In this document: piece by piece, positions 26,682 to 40,109 of the stretch
How positions within the stretch are numbered: position 1 is the stretch's first letter
Layout of the letters: each line of letters opens with the position of its first letter
From: Ginglymostoma cirratum
Taxonomy: Eukaryota
DNA length: 64,000 nt
Assembly (NCBI GenBank): GCA_024137785.1
Contig: JAHRHZ010000028.1
Coordinates: 36,408,215 to 36,472,214, forward strand
Direction: 5' to 3'
Notes under the pieces: generated by a model
What the model was told of the DNA's origin: nothing
The model's database searches: none
What the model saw: the letters and a program-made list of their open reading frames with translations, nothing else
Translations under genes and position numbers: made by a program

Positions 26682-26858
26682 ATCTCACCTGGCTTCTACG
26701 CTAAAGGGAAGCTTTAGCCTTGCCAAATTTATAGCATGAGAAATATGCAGTTGAATGATAAGGATTTGTTTTTGAACTTTGATTAGGAAGTGAGTATTGG
26801 TAAATTGGTACGAAATTGAGGAATTCATTTGGTCTTTGTGCTACCCGGAACTTAACAG

Positions 26859-27065
26859 GTAATTTCTATGGGACACCGAAACCTCCTGCAGAGCCTGGCC
26901 CTTTTCAGCAGGATGTGGTTGATCAGGTCGTTCTGGACGATGGCTCAGAGGAGGCACAAAGGAAACGAACAACATCTGTGAGCATGATGCAGCGAGCTGA
27001 CACTATGGTCCCAGATGAAGATGAAGATGATGAAAGACCCACTGCCAATGGGACCAGTTACCCAG
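26859..27065 (+). CDS. MAGI3: MAGI3-like exon 4
   Basis: taacag| ... |gtgag; 207 nt; GNFYGTPKPPAEPGPFQQDVVDQV...QRKRTTSVS. Confidence 0.93.
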
Positions 27066-27555
27066 GTGAGGCAGAGTGGAATCACAGGCATATTATGACA
27101 TTGCCTGATATTGATGCTGTTCTAGCTGTTTCTTTTTGCAGTGCTTGCATTTTTGCTGGGAATGTTATGTGGTAATTCATCACTAGGGGAAGTTGTGCTA
27201 ATGTTCTTCTTGTTGTCACAGTTTCCTTTAAGAACAAACAAGGTGAGAAAAGCAATTAATTGAAGTAGCTGCAGTCGCGAAGTCAGGGAGCTGGAACTAA
27301 ATGTGATATTCCACATGGGCTGTGCTTAGGATCTTGTACAAGACTGGCCCTCATGCCTTTCTTGTACTTGTCCCAGCTATATATACATCCTAGCATTTCG
27401 CTGCGTACTTTACAAAAGGCAGAGCTGACACTTGTATTTGCTGGCTGCATATTTGTCAAGGTCGAATGTAACTATTCAGTCTTGTACAATCTGTCTTGCG
27501 TGGCTTTCACTTATCATTCTGAAGAGTGTAACCAAGGGATTTATTCATTCTGCAG

Positions 27556-27691
27556 GACCAGGGCCCAGCCACACTGAGGGCGTAACAGAATTCAGGTACT
27601 TGGATCCGGTTACCAGGGAAGATTTAGTCGAGCCATTGCCAAACAATTGGGAGATGGCCTACACTGACAGTGGGATGATTTACTTCATTGA
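27556..27691 (+). CDS. MAGI3: MAGI3-like exon 5 (WW1, first half)
   Basis: ctgcag| ... |gtgag; 136 nt; ...EPLPNNWEMAYTDSGMIYFI; 5' boundary chosen by frame. Confidence 0.88.
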
Positions 27692-28398
27692 GTGAGTATC
27701 TGTCACTGAATGTGTAGGGGTCTTTGTAAAACTGAGGTTGATTGTTTTGACTTTTAGTAACATACAGTAAAAACAATTCTCATTCATTAAGCACATTTAA
27801 TAAAGAAGAACATCAAATCGGTTCACAGACATGTTAAGTGAAAATTTGTCTCTGTACTACATAGGGACGATTAGGACAATGTCCAAAAGCTTAGTCCAAG
27901 AGGTGAGTTTTAAATCCATCTTGCACAGAGAAAGAGGTAGTGTGTTTTAGGAGAGAATTCAGACTGAGCTATGTGATAGGCTGTTTTCATAGTGAATGTA
28001 ATTACATTTTATTATGTGCAGCAAGCTCCCAAACCCAGTCACATTTGTTGTACCCAATGCAGCCAGATGTACGTTGAAAGCCTGACATGTTCTTTGCTGG
28101 CATTGGGAAGATGTTACAAGTGTACAGCCTTGCCTGAGATTTAGGTGGTTACAGATTCTCCTTCCTCTACTTCTGGATGCCTCCCCGGCCCTAGTCCTGT
28201 TTCATTGTCATGTGTTTCAGTAATTGCACTCTGTCACCCGTGCACTTGTGCTGGTGCTGTTGCTCTCGCTCTCACACTCCTCCTTCTCTGTTGTTCACTC
28301 TCATCCTCTCACTCGTTAACATATATACATATATAGAGGGATAGCCCGCAGCACTATGGTGTTGTTTGTATTGTCGTAATTTTTCTCTCCTTTCACAG

Positions 28399-28478
28399 TC
28401 ATAACACTAAGACAACTACTTGGCTGGATCCCCGTCTTGCAAAGAAAGCAAAACCCCCAGAGGAGTGCAGTGAAGGGG
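28399..28478 (+). CDS. MAGI3: MAGI3-like exon 6 (WW1, second half)
   Basis: ttcacag| ... |gtaag; 80 nt; DHNTKTTTWLDPRLAKKAKPPEECSEG. Confidence 0.95.
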
Positions 28479-31400
28479 GTAAGTAGATGTGCTGTAATTT
28501 GTTTTTTGGACACAAGTAGTTTTTAATAAAGGATGCTAGTGTCTGTCCATTTGTGTTTCCATTGAGGGTGCAGTTTGATGCAATTTGGCACTTGAATCAC
28601 GCTCCTCTTGCACTGTGCAGGGATAAAGACAAGTCTCTGAAGGCAGCCCCACTTTTCAAATCATCCAAAATGATGTAACCTCTATGTTATTGATTTGGGT
28701 TGAAGGGAGGTTTGGGCTGTAAATTTTGTACAAATAATTGTTAGTGATTCTGCTTTTTATGTTGCGCATTTACCCTGCTTTGTTAACTTGTTCCAGCTAT
28801 GCAGTGCATACTTACACAAGTTTGCAAAGAAACCTCTCCATGTAACAGGAAACTTGGGGAAAAAGGTGATTCTGTAATTCTGGTGTTAAAACTGAGAATG
28901 CTGAATACACATAGCAGACCAGTCAGCATCTGTAGCAAGGGATGAGACAGGTTATCACTGCTGTGCAACCCTTTGTGAGAAGAGCAATGCACTGATTATG
29001 CTCCACATTGTTCAAACCTTTTCTTTACTGCCATTAATTAAATAGGTTTTGACGTATTGCTGGCGCAAGTGGATTTTATGGAGCAGTTAGCATTTAGATA
29101 TCCTTTCTCTTAATCCTGAAGTTCCAAATATATCAAGGTGATCAGGTAGGCCAGTTATATCACAATACAAAGCTCTATCCCATTAGTTTCTTGATTTCGT
29201 CAAGATTCTACAGGTTATTTATTGCATATTGCTTTGTAAATCTGATAGCTATTCTTTTATTACTAGAGATCAGTAACTACTGTCACCCATATAACACCTT
29301 TTAGTGTCGAGTGGGCCCAGGTAGAGCATGAGCACCAACTTTGATCACTTAGTCCAATAGACTTACTGTTAATATATGGGGATAGGAAGAAAAGCTGTGC
29401 ACAAACTGCAAGTTGGACAACTAAGAGTCAATCAAAATGAGTTTCTTGCTCTGAAGTGGAAGTATTGAAGGGTTAACACTCCTGTTCTGTGGGGAGAAGC
29501 AAAGGATATTTACACAGCTTGGAGGACGCTGCCATTCTTCCTTCAGAGGAATTGGGCACATATTACTATTTGGAGTTTAGGGTTGTTCTCAATATCTATA
29601 GACAGCAAAGATTAACCTTGCCATGGGTTTATGGTGATGTGTTACTTTTGATAGATGCTGACTAGATACCCTGTGCATCAATTATCTGTTTGTCTCCTTC
29701 CTAAAATTTCCTTTTCGTTTCATGCAGGCTGTTGGTGAATTTACCTGGAGGCAGATTGCAAGACCCTCTTGTGTAGACCTCTACTCAAATTAACAAAGTG
29801 TTACATGGAGAATCTGATATTAGCTGAGAGCATCAGTGGCTGTCATTTGATTGAGGGGTTCTAACAATATGCCAAACCAGCAGAATGAAGCCCTAGACTA
29901 GACCATTCTGGGTGTCATTGGGCACTTGCCTTGTTTCTCCGCATTTTATGTAGGGTCCCAAAGTAAACACAAGAAAAACCTATGACTTGGTCAGAGGTTG
30001 TGATGCAATACATTTCTGACCTTCTGTCAGCATCCACTTTGCTGTGTGAGATATTTGTGCATTTGGCATAACATGTCACGTGAGATTTGTGGGCATGGGA
30101 AATTATTACAGAGGGAAATTTCAGAGGCAATTCAGATCACGAGGGTAAAGTTTGAGCAGCTAATGACCTGCGGGTGAACCCTGAGATTACATCACAGCCT
30201 GAAGCTGCTCCCTCGTGTCTATTTTGTTCCTTTTTCCACCAGTTTTCTCTCTTCCTCTCCTGAAGGCGCTGACTCCGTGCTGGGGCAAGGTTCCACGGGC
30301 CCCGGTTGCCCTCCAGTACCTCGCCCAACTGGCCAGACTGCATCTATAAGCCTATACGGTGAGTTTTGGCAGCCTGTTCAACCCTGGAGGCTTCATGGAT
30401 GAGTCTGTCCTGGATTCTGTCCTCACCTTCATGTCTGCACAATCATGCTTGGCTGCCATGTGGAAGCTTAAACCCTCCCACCCCCACACATACCTTAGGA
30501 TGTCAGAAGTTCATTTGGGAGGGTGGAGCTGTACAGGCACAGAATGGGGCATTGAACCCTGAGATTTCTGGTCTGTATTTGCAACCTTGGACATCAGACC
30601 CAGATACATCTGTATCTTAAAATAACGAATGCATTCATGTATATAGTGCTTTGCACGACATCAGGTCATTTCAAAGTGCATTGCAGTCATAGTAATGGAA
30701 TAATTTAAGATTCACTGAACCATTTTTAGTGAGGTTTTTGGATCCTGGTTCTTTGACTGATTGATGGCATTCAAGCTGGAGTATTCACCATTGCATGAAA
30801 CTTTAAATATAGATGAAAGAGAGAGAAGTTAGAGGTCAGAAGAATGGCATGGGCATATGTTATGAATAGGAAAACGTCATCTGGCCCTTCAAACCTGCTC
30901 TGCCATTCAGTAAGATCATGAATGATTTGACAGCTCCAGTCTCTGCGAACTCCAGTAACCTTACGAAGAACCTTACTCTGCCTTAAAAATATGCAGATTG
31001 CTTCCACTGCCTTTTGACAGTGAATTTGAAAGATTCAAAACACAAGCAATAAATTCAAAGATGCATATAGTATTATACTATATAGCCAAAGGTGTTGGAA
31101 ATTGCAAGCATTTGAGTTTATATAGCCTTTCCTGTTGTGACTTGCTAGATCTATTGAATTTTCAAGAATGAGATCAATAGATTTTTGTTGGGAAAGGATA
31201 TTGAGCAATATAAAGCGAAGGCGTGTAATTTGAAGTATTGATTAGATGTTATCAAGTACTGTGATGGAACAGGCCTGCGTTGAATTGCTGCCGCCTCCAC
31301 TCCAAAGTATTTCACCACCAATTCAGTACTGCTGCCACCTTGTTACTTATGTAAAGGGATGCAGCAGCCAGTTTACACACAATAAGTTCCAATAAACTAT

Positions 31401-33437
31401 GACAGTTGAATTGGTAAGTTAACCTGTTCCTTGCATTTTTGGATGAGGAGTGAATGGTGATCAGAATGTCCTACATCACCTTGAAGTAGGAAATGAGGTC
31501 TTGGTTTAAGATCTCTTCCAAATGGCAGCAGAAATGACAGCATTTCCTCCACACTGTGATAAGAACTCGGTCCAGACAATGCATCAAAGGTCTTGAACCC
31601 CAGCATTCTTATTCGCAACTGAGTGTGCACTCTGTAATGTAACACCGATCATTATGGAGCTGCACAAACTTTCCGGGATTATGGGCATGTGCTTATCCCA
31701 CCAAGCAGGACAGAAATCGGCAACAGGATATTCGGCAGTATTGAAGTAATGAAAGATATCTTATACGTAGCACTTATCATTGAAAGCTTTTAGAGTGCTT
31801 GAAACAATTAATTTTACGGTGACAGGATAAAAGCAAATACAATTGCTGTATACCAGTAAACGGCAATGAGAAGAACGAGCAGTGAATTTATTTTTGGTTG
31901 TGTTTTAAGTGAAATGTTGGCTGGAACACCAGGAGCATGTCCTGCTCTTTACTGCCATAGGGTCTTCAGCAACTGCCAGAGAGATGGGATCCTGCTTTTA
32001 CCTCACCATTTGCAATGCTATTCTCGGCTATGATCTCCAATCTGTAGACCTTCCCACCCTCAAAGTAATGATTTTGACTGAACCAACCTCAAATTGAGGA
32101 GAGATGGCTGTGTGTGTTCAAGGTATCTTGGAAAGCCATGAAACTGAACTAATGGCAGTCACATTTCGAAATAGTTTGGATTGCGCTAAGTTTGTGTAGG
32201 GTTAATTCTCTGGATGGATGGTTGCTTTTTTCACTTTTTTGGCAGGCATGTGGATGTCACTGGTGTGGCCAACATTTGCTTGTTGCTAATTGTCCTTGAA
32301 CTTGGCTTGCCAGGCCATTTCAGAGGGCTGCTAAGAGCCAACTACATTGCTACATGTCTGGAGTCACGTATAGGCCCTTCAATTCCTTCATTTTCTGGAG
32401 CAGTTATGGCTGACTTCAATCCAACCTGACATGGAAATTAATAGAAATGTAACAACAGGCAGAAACAACAAGATTGTTTCCTGATTCAGCCTGTTACAGG
32501 GACAACTTGGAGTCAGTTGCATCTTGATCTCATTGTTCTGTGAACAATTAAACCCCAGTTGTAGGAATGGAGAGGTGACAGCACCATTCATTCAGCAAAC
32601 CATAAAGGAATAAGAAGTAGCCTAAAATGTTTGAAATTTCCACTGAGGGAAAGGCATAATGTAACAGAGTAATAAAGATAAATTGGGCAAAATGTGAAAA
32701 ATAAATCAAAAAATTAAATGGGAGTGGAGAACTGGAGAAATTTCCTGAAGTAAATCAGGGCGTTGGCGTTAATTTAAAAAAAAAACGGAACCCGAGAGAT
32801 GAATGCACGTTTTGACTGGAACTTGGAGTGCAAAAGAAGCTCTTCATCCATTGAATCTGTTCCCATGTTCGTTCTTCAATTAGAACTGACTGCCTTACAC
32901 CTGCTCCCCTACACTCTTCAATAGAAGCTCCTCCGACAGGAGGAATGAATTTGGAGAGAATGCTGGAAATCAGGTCATGAAATTAAAGGATGATAGTCGA
33001 AGTGCTGAATTAAAATTCTGTGAAAAACTACTTTGTCCGGCTTCAATAACATATGGAGATTCCAAGAGAATTTTGAAGTTGGCATGGTACAACCACAAAT
33101 TAAAGGCTCTTTATTCAATTTTCCTGAACACTTTGCTTACACCCTGCTGGAGGGAACGATGCTTTCGGGAGCAATCTCTCATTCATAAAGGATCTTTCAT
33201 GTCATCTGAGCATGTTTCTTTGGTGCCATGGGATTTTATTTTACCTTTGTTTCAAATCTCCTGTGAAGGATTGAAAGTGCTTCATGCTGGCGGTCTCTGT
33301 GGCTCGCCATCTTTAATGGTGACAGCCTAGAATATTTCCTTCAACGGACCTTGAATTCACAATTTTATAACTTGAATGAGGAAGACAACGTATTAATTAG
33401 TGCCCATAATGCAGTTTAATGTCTAACACACTCCATC

Positions 33438-34590
33438 TGAGGTTGTTGACTTGCTCATCGAGCTGGCTTGTTCTCATTCAGACATTTCATCACCATGCTA
33501 AGTGACATAATCAGTGAGGCCTCCGATGAAGCGATGTTATTCCACTCCATTTGGAATTTATACTGTCCGGTCCGTTATGGTGAGTGGTGTCATTTCCGGT
33601 TTTGATCTGTATGGGTTTATATATGGGGTCCAATTCCATGTTGATTGCATTACAGGCAGAGAACCATGCCTCTAGGGATTCCCTTATGTGCCTATGTTTG
33701 GCTTGGGCTGCTGGAGTTACGTTGTCCCAGTTAAACTGTTGGCCTTCATTGACTGAGTGTACTGATGTGTAAGGAGAGTTTGTCGCGTCATTTTGCTGCT
33801 AGCTGATGTTCATATATTCTGATGGCTAGTTTCCTTCCTGCCTGTCCGATATAATGTTTGTGGCAGCCATTGCAGGGTATTTTGTAAACTAAATTGGTTC
33901 TGCTTGTTGTGGGAATGGGGTCTTTAATCCGTGAGTGTTCGTTGAAGAGTGGCTGTGGGCTTGTGTGCTACCATGATTCCTAGCGATCTTAAGAGTCTCC
34001 TCAGTTCTGATATGTCAGGAGTCTCGTCAGTTCCGATATCAGAACTGAGGAGACTCCTAAGACCACTGGGAATCATGGTAGCACACAAGCCCACAGCTAC
34101 TCTTCAACAAACATTCACGGATTAAAGACCCCATTCCCACAATATGCAGAACCAATTTAGTTTACAAAATACCATGCAACGGCTGCCACAAACAGACAGG
34201 AAGGAAACTAGCCATCAGAATTCACAAACATCAGCTAGCAGCAAAATGACACGACAAACTTTGCTTCATATCAGTTCACTTGGACAATGAAGGCCATCAG
34301 TTTAACTGGGCCAAAGTAACCCAAGCCAAACATAGACACGCACAGGAATTCCTAGAGGCATGGCTCTCAACCCATAATGCCGTCAACAAACAGAGTTGAA
34401 CCCCATATACAAACCCATACAGATCAAAAACTGGAAATGATTCCACTCACCATAACGGACCAAGCAGTATAAATTCCAAACGGAGCAGAGTAACATCGCC
34501 TAGTCGGCGACGTCACTGATGTTACCTAGCATGGTGACGAAATGTCTGAACAAAAGCAAACCAGCTTTGCGAGCAAGTCAACAGCCTCAC
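33438..34590. mobile_element. Penelope-like GIY-YIG 3' region as a head-to-head inverted duplication (family D)
   Basis: the arms are reverse complements; they translate to NLVYKIPCNGCHKHYIGQ / GRKLAIRIHKHQ...GHQFNW (GIY-YIG endonuclease). Confidence 0.88.
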
Positions 34591-35505
34591 CCGCAACCCA
34601 AGCTTAAAACTTAAAACAGTCCATCTGAACGTAAATATTGACACTAATCCACATTATGTACTGAGATGACCAAAAGCTTGATTAAAAAATTTGCTTTTGA
34701 GGAGTGCCTTAATAAGGAGGTGAAGGTTTAGTGAGGGAATAAAGAGTCTGCTATCCATGGAGCTGAAAGTGTCTCTGCTAATGGTGGAGGATTTAAAACC
34801 AGGATGCTCGAGGCTAGATTTGGAGGAGCTTGGAGATTCTGGAGAGTTGTAAGGCTGGGAGAGGTTAGAGGTGGGGAGGAGAATGGTCATTGAGAAACCT
34901 GAAATCAAGGGTGATGATTCTTGAGAAAAGAAAAACGAACATTTTACGAACATGGATCATTGGGACATGGTGCATGTTAAGGTAGGATACAGGCAGCAAA
35001 AGTTTGAATGAACTCCAGTTTATTGGATAGAACGTTGGAAGGTGGCCAGGAATGTACTGTAGTGGTCAAGGGCACAGATGAGAAAGCAGCTACTCACTGA
35101 GCCAACTTTGTATATTCTGAAGTTCTGAAGGAGATTTATAGGTACCCCTGATCAAAAAAGGAATAGTTAAGCAAGGATTTGGCTCAGGAGCATTGGGAGC
35201 ATGAAGCACAGTATCTTTTTTCTCTTCCAGATTATGATCCACCAGTTGGATCTCAGTAATAGACAAAATATGGAAATTGGTATTGTCAATTAACCTTAAC
35301 TAGCAGTCGGCACTTAGTTACCAGAGGAAAGTTCTGCTCGACAAACATATTGCTGCCTTTGTTACAGATGTGGGCACCCCCTATAATTAAAGATCTTACA
35401 GTGAAGTAGGTCCTTGTCTTAATGCTCAGTACTCTGACTTATTGCTGTACACAAACTGGGTCTGACAATGTGGCACAGATAACACTAGGATTACTAACTG
35501 GGTAA

Positions 35506-35570
35506 ACGAGATAACAAGCATGGGGCTGGATGAACACAGCAGGTCAAGCAGCATCATAGGAGCAGGAAAA
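35506..35570 (-). mobile_element. truncated family A element with 10-bp TSD
   Basis: aactgggtaa at 35496-35505 and 35569-35578. Confidence 0.75.
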
Positions 35571-37417
35571 CTGGGTAAGCTGTTTTTGATAGAGGATTAA
35601 AAATTGTTTTCAAAACCAAGGGTAGCTTTTCCCAATAGTACCAAAACTATTGTACGTACATTCACCAAACATGCATGTGGATTCTTCATTTAATACTTTA
35701 TTTAGAAGATGATATCTTACACTGTGCAACAATCCAGAAATGCACTGGAATTTTGGCACTTATCAGAGTGGGGTTTGAGTCTAAGTTAGAGTGCGATCAC
35801 CAGATCAAGCGGACACTTAGCTTTTTGAAATTCCACAATAAATATATACTTTGTTCCACATTGAAGATTTTTAATCAGATTAACAGCCACTGGAATTCAT
35901 AGTGGTGTATGTAAACCTGATTTAAAAGACCAAGGAGTATCTGTCTGATCCTGAGATGTTGGCAGACTATGCTTGGCCCTCCAATTTTCTTCTGCATTTT
36001 TTCTTTCTGGGTGAGTGCCCTCCAATTAAACAGCCAGAAAAAAATTACCTAAGGAGTGTGGAGCCTTATCAACTAAATCCGTTTATCAGAACTGCTGGAT
36101 GTCCCATGATTCTGCTCACTGTTAGTCAAGGTCATTCTCTCTTACCAGTGCAGCGCAATGTGTTGGTTGTGTGTAACTCAAGTGTCTCTAAGGCCACAAG
36201 GTGTATGCTGTGATTTGTTCAAGTTTTTTTTAGAAGCTGATTGATCTTGGCAAATGCTCAAGTCAGAAAAAGTTTGAGTTTGTTCTTGGGAAATAGGAGA
36301 ATGTGGTAAAGCTGTGTTTACTTCCTATCCTGAGGGCAATAATAGCTGTTTCTTGTGAGATTAACTTCAAATGTAGGCTGACAGCATAAGGTCGGCAGAT
36401 TCACTTTTCTTAGCTGACATTAGTGAACCATTTAGGTGTTACAGCAGCTTTCTAGCTTGTTTTATCTGTTTTCAACCTACAAGTTATCATGTTATTGGAT
36501 CTGTTTCAAAAATTGCCATGATTGAATTTGACATTGACCTCCAGTTACTCGAGCTAGGAGCAAGGTGTTGAGGTGCTTATTTTATCACTTCTGTGATACA
36601 GATTTGGAAATATGCTTGTGTAACATCTGAAGGATAAGATGTGTGCTTGTATTTTCATATGTGTTTAAAAAGATCTTTCAACTATAGGTGCTTCCTGCAG
36701 CAATTTTCCTCTTGTAGAATTTTTGTGAGAATATATACTGGATATTTGCAAGAACAAGTTAGTTCCGCTCCCCTGCCTTTTCCCTATAGCCCTGCAACTA
36801 TATTTTTTCCCCCCCTTCCTTCTGGGGCTCATTACAATTTCCATTAGAAAACCACAATTGAACTTATCTTCTCTGTGCTCTTTCAGGAAATGCATCCCAG
36901 ACTGTAATGATTTGCTGCATGAAGTTTTTCCCTTGTGTTGCTTTTGATTCTTTGGCTAATTATAATCATTTAAATCACAATATCCACATATTACACTGGG
37001 AGCCACCTTGTCAACTTGTCATTTTGTCATCATCTTTCACTGGCAGAGAATGTACTGCAATTTCACCAAAACTGTGCTGAGGCATCTCAAGGTATTTTCT
37101 AAATAAGGACATTGTAATTTATAATGGAAGTATGGATTCACAGTTGAATATAGAAATTCAAACTGGGTACCAAATGCATGCATTTACTTTGGTCCGATTA
37201 TCCTGAATCATCGGATAATAGAGTAAGGCATTCAGTCACCCTGACCTACTCTGCCACTCAATTGGAATGTGGTACATTCATAGCTTAACTCCATTTTTCT
37301 GACTTTTTGTTCCATTTCTCTTGATACCTTCCAAGAAAATCTAATGATCTTGCCCCAAAATACTTTAGTTGACTAGTAGCCTCAGCTGTTTTTGGAAAAA
37401 CAAATTCAGTTTTCCAT

Positions 37418-38545
37418 GTTGTAGGAAAAGTTTTGGAAAGGATTATAAGAGAGAGGATTTATAATCATCCAGCAAGCAACAATTTGATTGGAGATAGTCA
37501 ACATGGATTCGTCAAGGGCAGGTCGTGTCTCACAAACCTCATTGAGTTTTTTGAGAAGGTGACCAAGCACTTGGATGAGGGTAGGGCAGTTGACGTGGTG
37601 TACATGGACTTCAGTAAAGCCTTTGATAAGGTTCCACATGGTAGGCTATTGGAGGAAATGCGGAGGCATGGGATTGAGGGAGATTTAGCAGTTTGGATTA
37701 GAAACTGGCTCTCTGAAAGAAGGCAAAGAGTGGTGGTTGATGGAAAATATTCAGCCTGGAGTCCGGTTACTAGTGGTGTGCCACTAGGATCTGTTTTGGG
37801 ACCACTGCTGTTTGTCATTTTTATAAATGACTTGGACGCAGACATAGGTGGACGGGTTAGTAAGTTTGCAGATGACACTAAAGTCGGTGGAGTGGTGGAC
37901 AGTGTGGAAGAATGTTGCAGGTTGCAGGGAGACTTGGATAAACTGCAGAATTGGGCTGAAAGGTGGCAATTGGAGTTCAATGCAGATAAATGTGAGGTGA
38001 TGCACTTTGGGAAGAATAATAGGAAGGCAGAATACTGGGTCAATGGAAAGATTCTTGGTAGTGTGGATGTGCAGAGGGATCTTGGTGTCCAGGTACATAG
38101 ATCCCTGAAAGTTGCCACCCAGGTTGATAGTGCTGTTAAGAAGGCATACGGTGTGTTAGGTTTCATTGGTAGAGGGATTGAGTTCCGGAGCCGTGATGTC
38201 ATGCTGCACCTGTACAAAACGCTAGTGCGGCCTCACTTGGAATATTGCATACAGTTCTGGTCGCCCCATTACAGGAAGGATGTGGAAGCATTGGAAAAGG
38301 TGCAGAGGAGATTTACCAGGATGTTGCCTGGTCTGGAGCGAAGGTCTTATGAGGAAAGGCTGAGGGACTTGGGTCTGTTCTCATTGGAGAGAAGAAGGCT
38401 AAGAGGGGATTTAATAGAGACCTACAAAATGATTATTTTGTATTAGATAGGGTGGACAGTGAGAGTCTTTTTCCTAGGATGATGACGTCGGCTAGTACGA
38501 GGGGGCATAGCTGCAAATTGAGGGGTGATAGATTTAAGACAGATC
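37418..38545 (+). mobile_element. young CR1 LINE RT fragment (uninterrupted 337-codon frame)
   Basis: ORF 37433..38446: QHGFVKGRSCLTNL, YMDFSKAFDKVPH, SGVPLGSVLGPLLF, SKFADDTK. Confidence 0.93.
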
Positions 38546-38976
38546 TTTCCTCATTGTTGCAATTTTCCATTTTTAATCTGTCTGTGACCCTCAAACCAAA
38601 TTTTAGTTCATGTTAAAAGCTTGTGTCCAATGTCATAAGCTGTAATTTTCACAAGTCTTTTACCTGGAACTTCTAATAAATGGCTTCTAGAAGTTTAGAC
38701 AGAGCATCCGTGGATAACCACTCCTGATCATGCTCATGACCTCAATGATTACACTGGATTAATCAAGGATGACACCTGCTTTTCATGTCTTCAAGCTCTT
38801 TGATTTAATGCTACCTTCTTGAAAACCAAGTCTGCAGAATGGGGAGAAAATTTTTCCCATTTGAAGCAGGAGACCTGATGTGCCCTTGCTATGTTGCAGT
38901 ATAAAGTTTGCAATTCGTAGTTCTGGGTTATCAGTTGTGGTATTGATCAGAATGTTTTTAAATTTTAAACTTGTAG

Positions 38977-39034
38977 AGCTTCCATATGGCTGGGAAAAGA
39001 TCAGCGATCCAGTTTATGGCTTCTACTACATTGA
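38977..39034 (+). CDS. MAGI3: MAGI3-like exon 7 (WW2, first half)
   Basis: ttgtag| ... |gtaag; 58 nt; ELPYGWEKISDPVYGFYYI. Confidence 0.95.
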
Positions 39035-39875
39035 GTAAGTTCCTCGTGAGTAAACGTAAAATGAGATCTGTTTCGAGGGTTTATCCCAATGTTTTTGGCA
39101 CCAAATGTTCTGCTGGAGGTTTCCTCAGCTGTGGAGCTATTGGTGCAATCAATGTGCTACTTACCCATGTGGGTCAATAAATTGCTGTTGGACTACGCCA
39201 ATTCAGTAATTCTCTTCAAACCCTCAAAGTTTTAGATAGTTAATGTATTAGTCCTTTTGTGTTGTATTGACTGTATCAATGTGTTCCCAAGTGACAGGCA
39301 GAAATGCCCCAGAAAAATCCATCCTTCGTCTTCTCCTTTTCCACTCCTAAGTACACTCAGGATAGGAGAACAGTCATTTCCACATAGCCGTCCCCATACC
39401 CCTTACTTTTACTCTGAAATAACCACCTTGAACCACCGCTACGTGGTACATTCTGTTATTTTTTTCAGTTGATTTGGGAATAGATAGAGAACCTGGGAGT
39501 ACGATACTGGTTGGTTGCAACTTCACGTTGAACCTTTTAATGCCAGTACAAGCCACCCAGGTAGCTGAGGCAATGATTTGGACAGGATTCCAGTAGTTGG
39601 ATTGAACAGTGAGGGAGGAATGTGAGTGAACATGAATGAAGTTGCTCAAGTCAAGTTAACATTTTGCAGTCTCGCTCTCACTCTCTTCGTCCCCTGCCTT
39701 CTCTGCCCCCACTACCCTGTCTGCAAGCCCACTCTCTCCTCCTCTGCTCCCACTCCCTTTCTATCTGTGCCTCTGTCTCTCTCCGCTCCTCCTCCCCACC
39801 ACCACCCGCCCCCCCCCACCACCACCACCCTCAACACCACCTCTCACTCAATGTCTCTCTCTTGTTTCTCTTCAG

Positions 39876-39988
39876 CCATATAAATCAGAGGACACAGTTT
39901 GAGAACCCAGTTGTTGAAGCAAAGCGAAAGAAGCAGTTAATTCTTCAGCGGGACAGTCAGCGAGGAGTGCATGGAGACCAGCGGCCAG
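39876..39988 (+). CDS. MAGI3: MAGI3-like exon 8 (WW2, second half)
   Basis: cttcag| ... |gtact; 113 nt; DHINQRTQFENPVVEAKRKKQL... Confidence 0.9.
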
Positions 39989-40109
39989 GTACTGTAACTC
40001 GCATTCAAAAACTGAGAACCTGCATTTCTGTGGTGTTTCATCACCTGAAGAAGTCCTAAAATACTTCATAATTAGTGAAGTACTTTTGACGTTCAGTCAC
40101 TTGCTAAAT

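Noticed and set aside
37498-38217. 239-aa minus-strand ORF
   Set aside because: It is the antisense shadow of the CR1 RT frame and has no independent motifs.
39660-39875. His/Pro-rich ORF upstream of exon 8
   Set aside because: This is low-complexity C-rich sequence forming the acceptor's pyrimidine tract.
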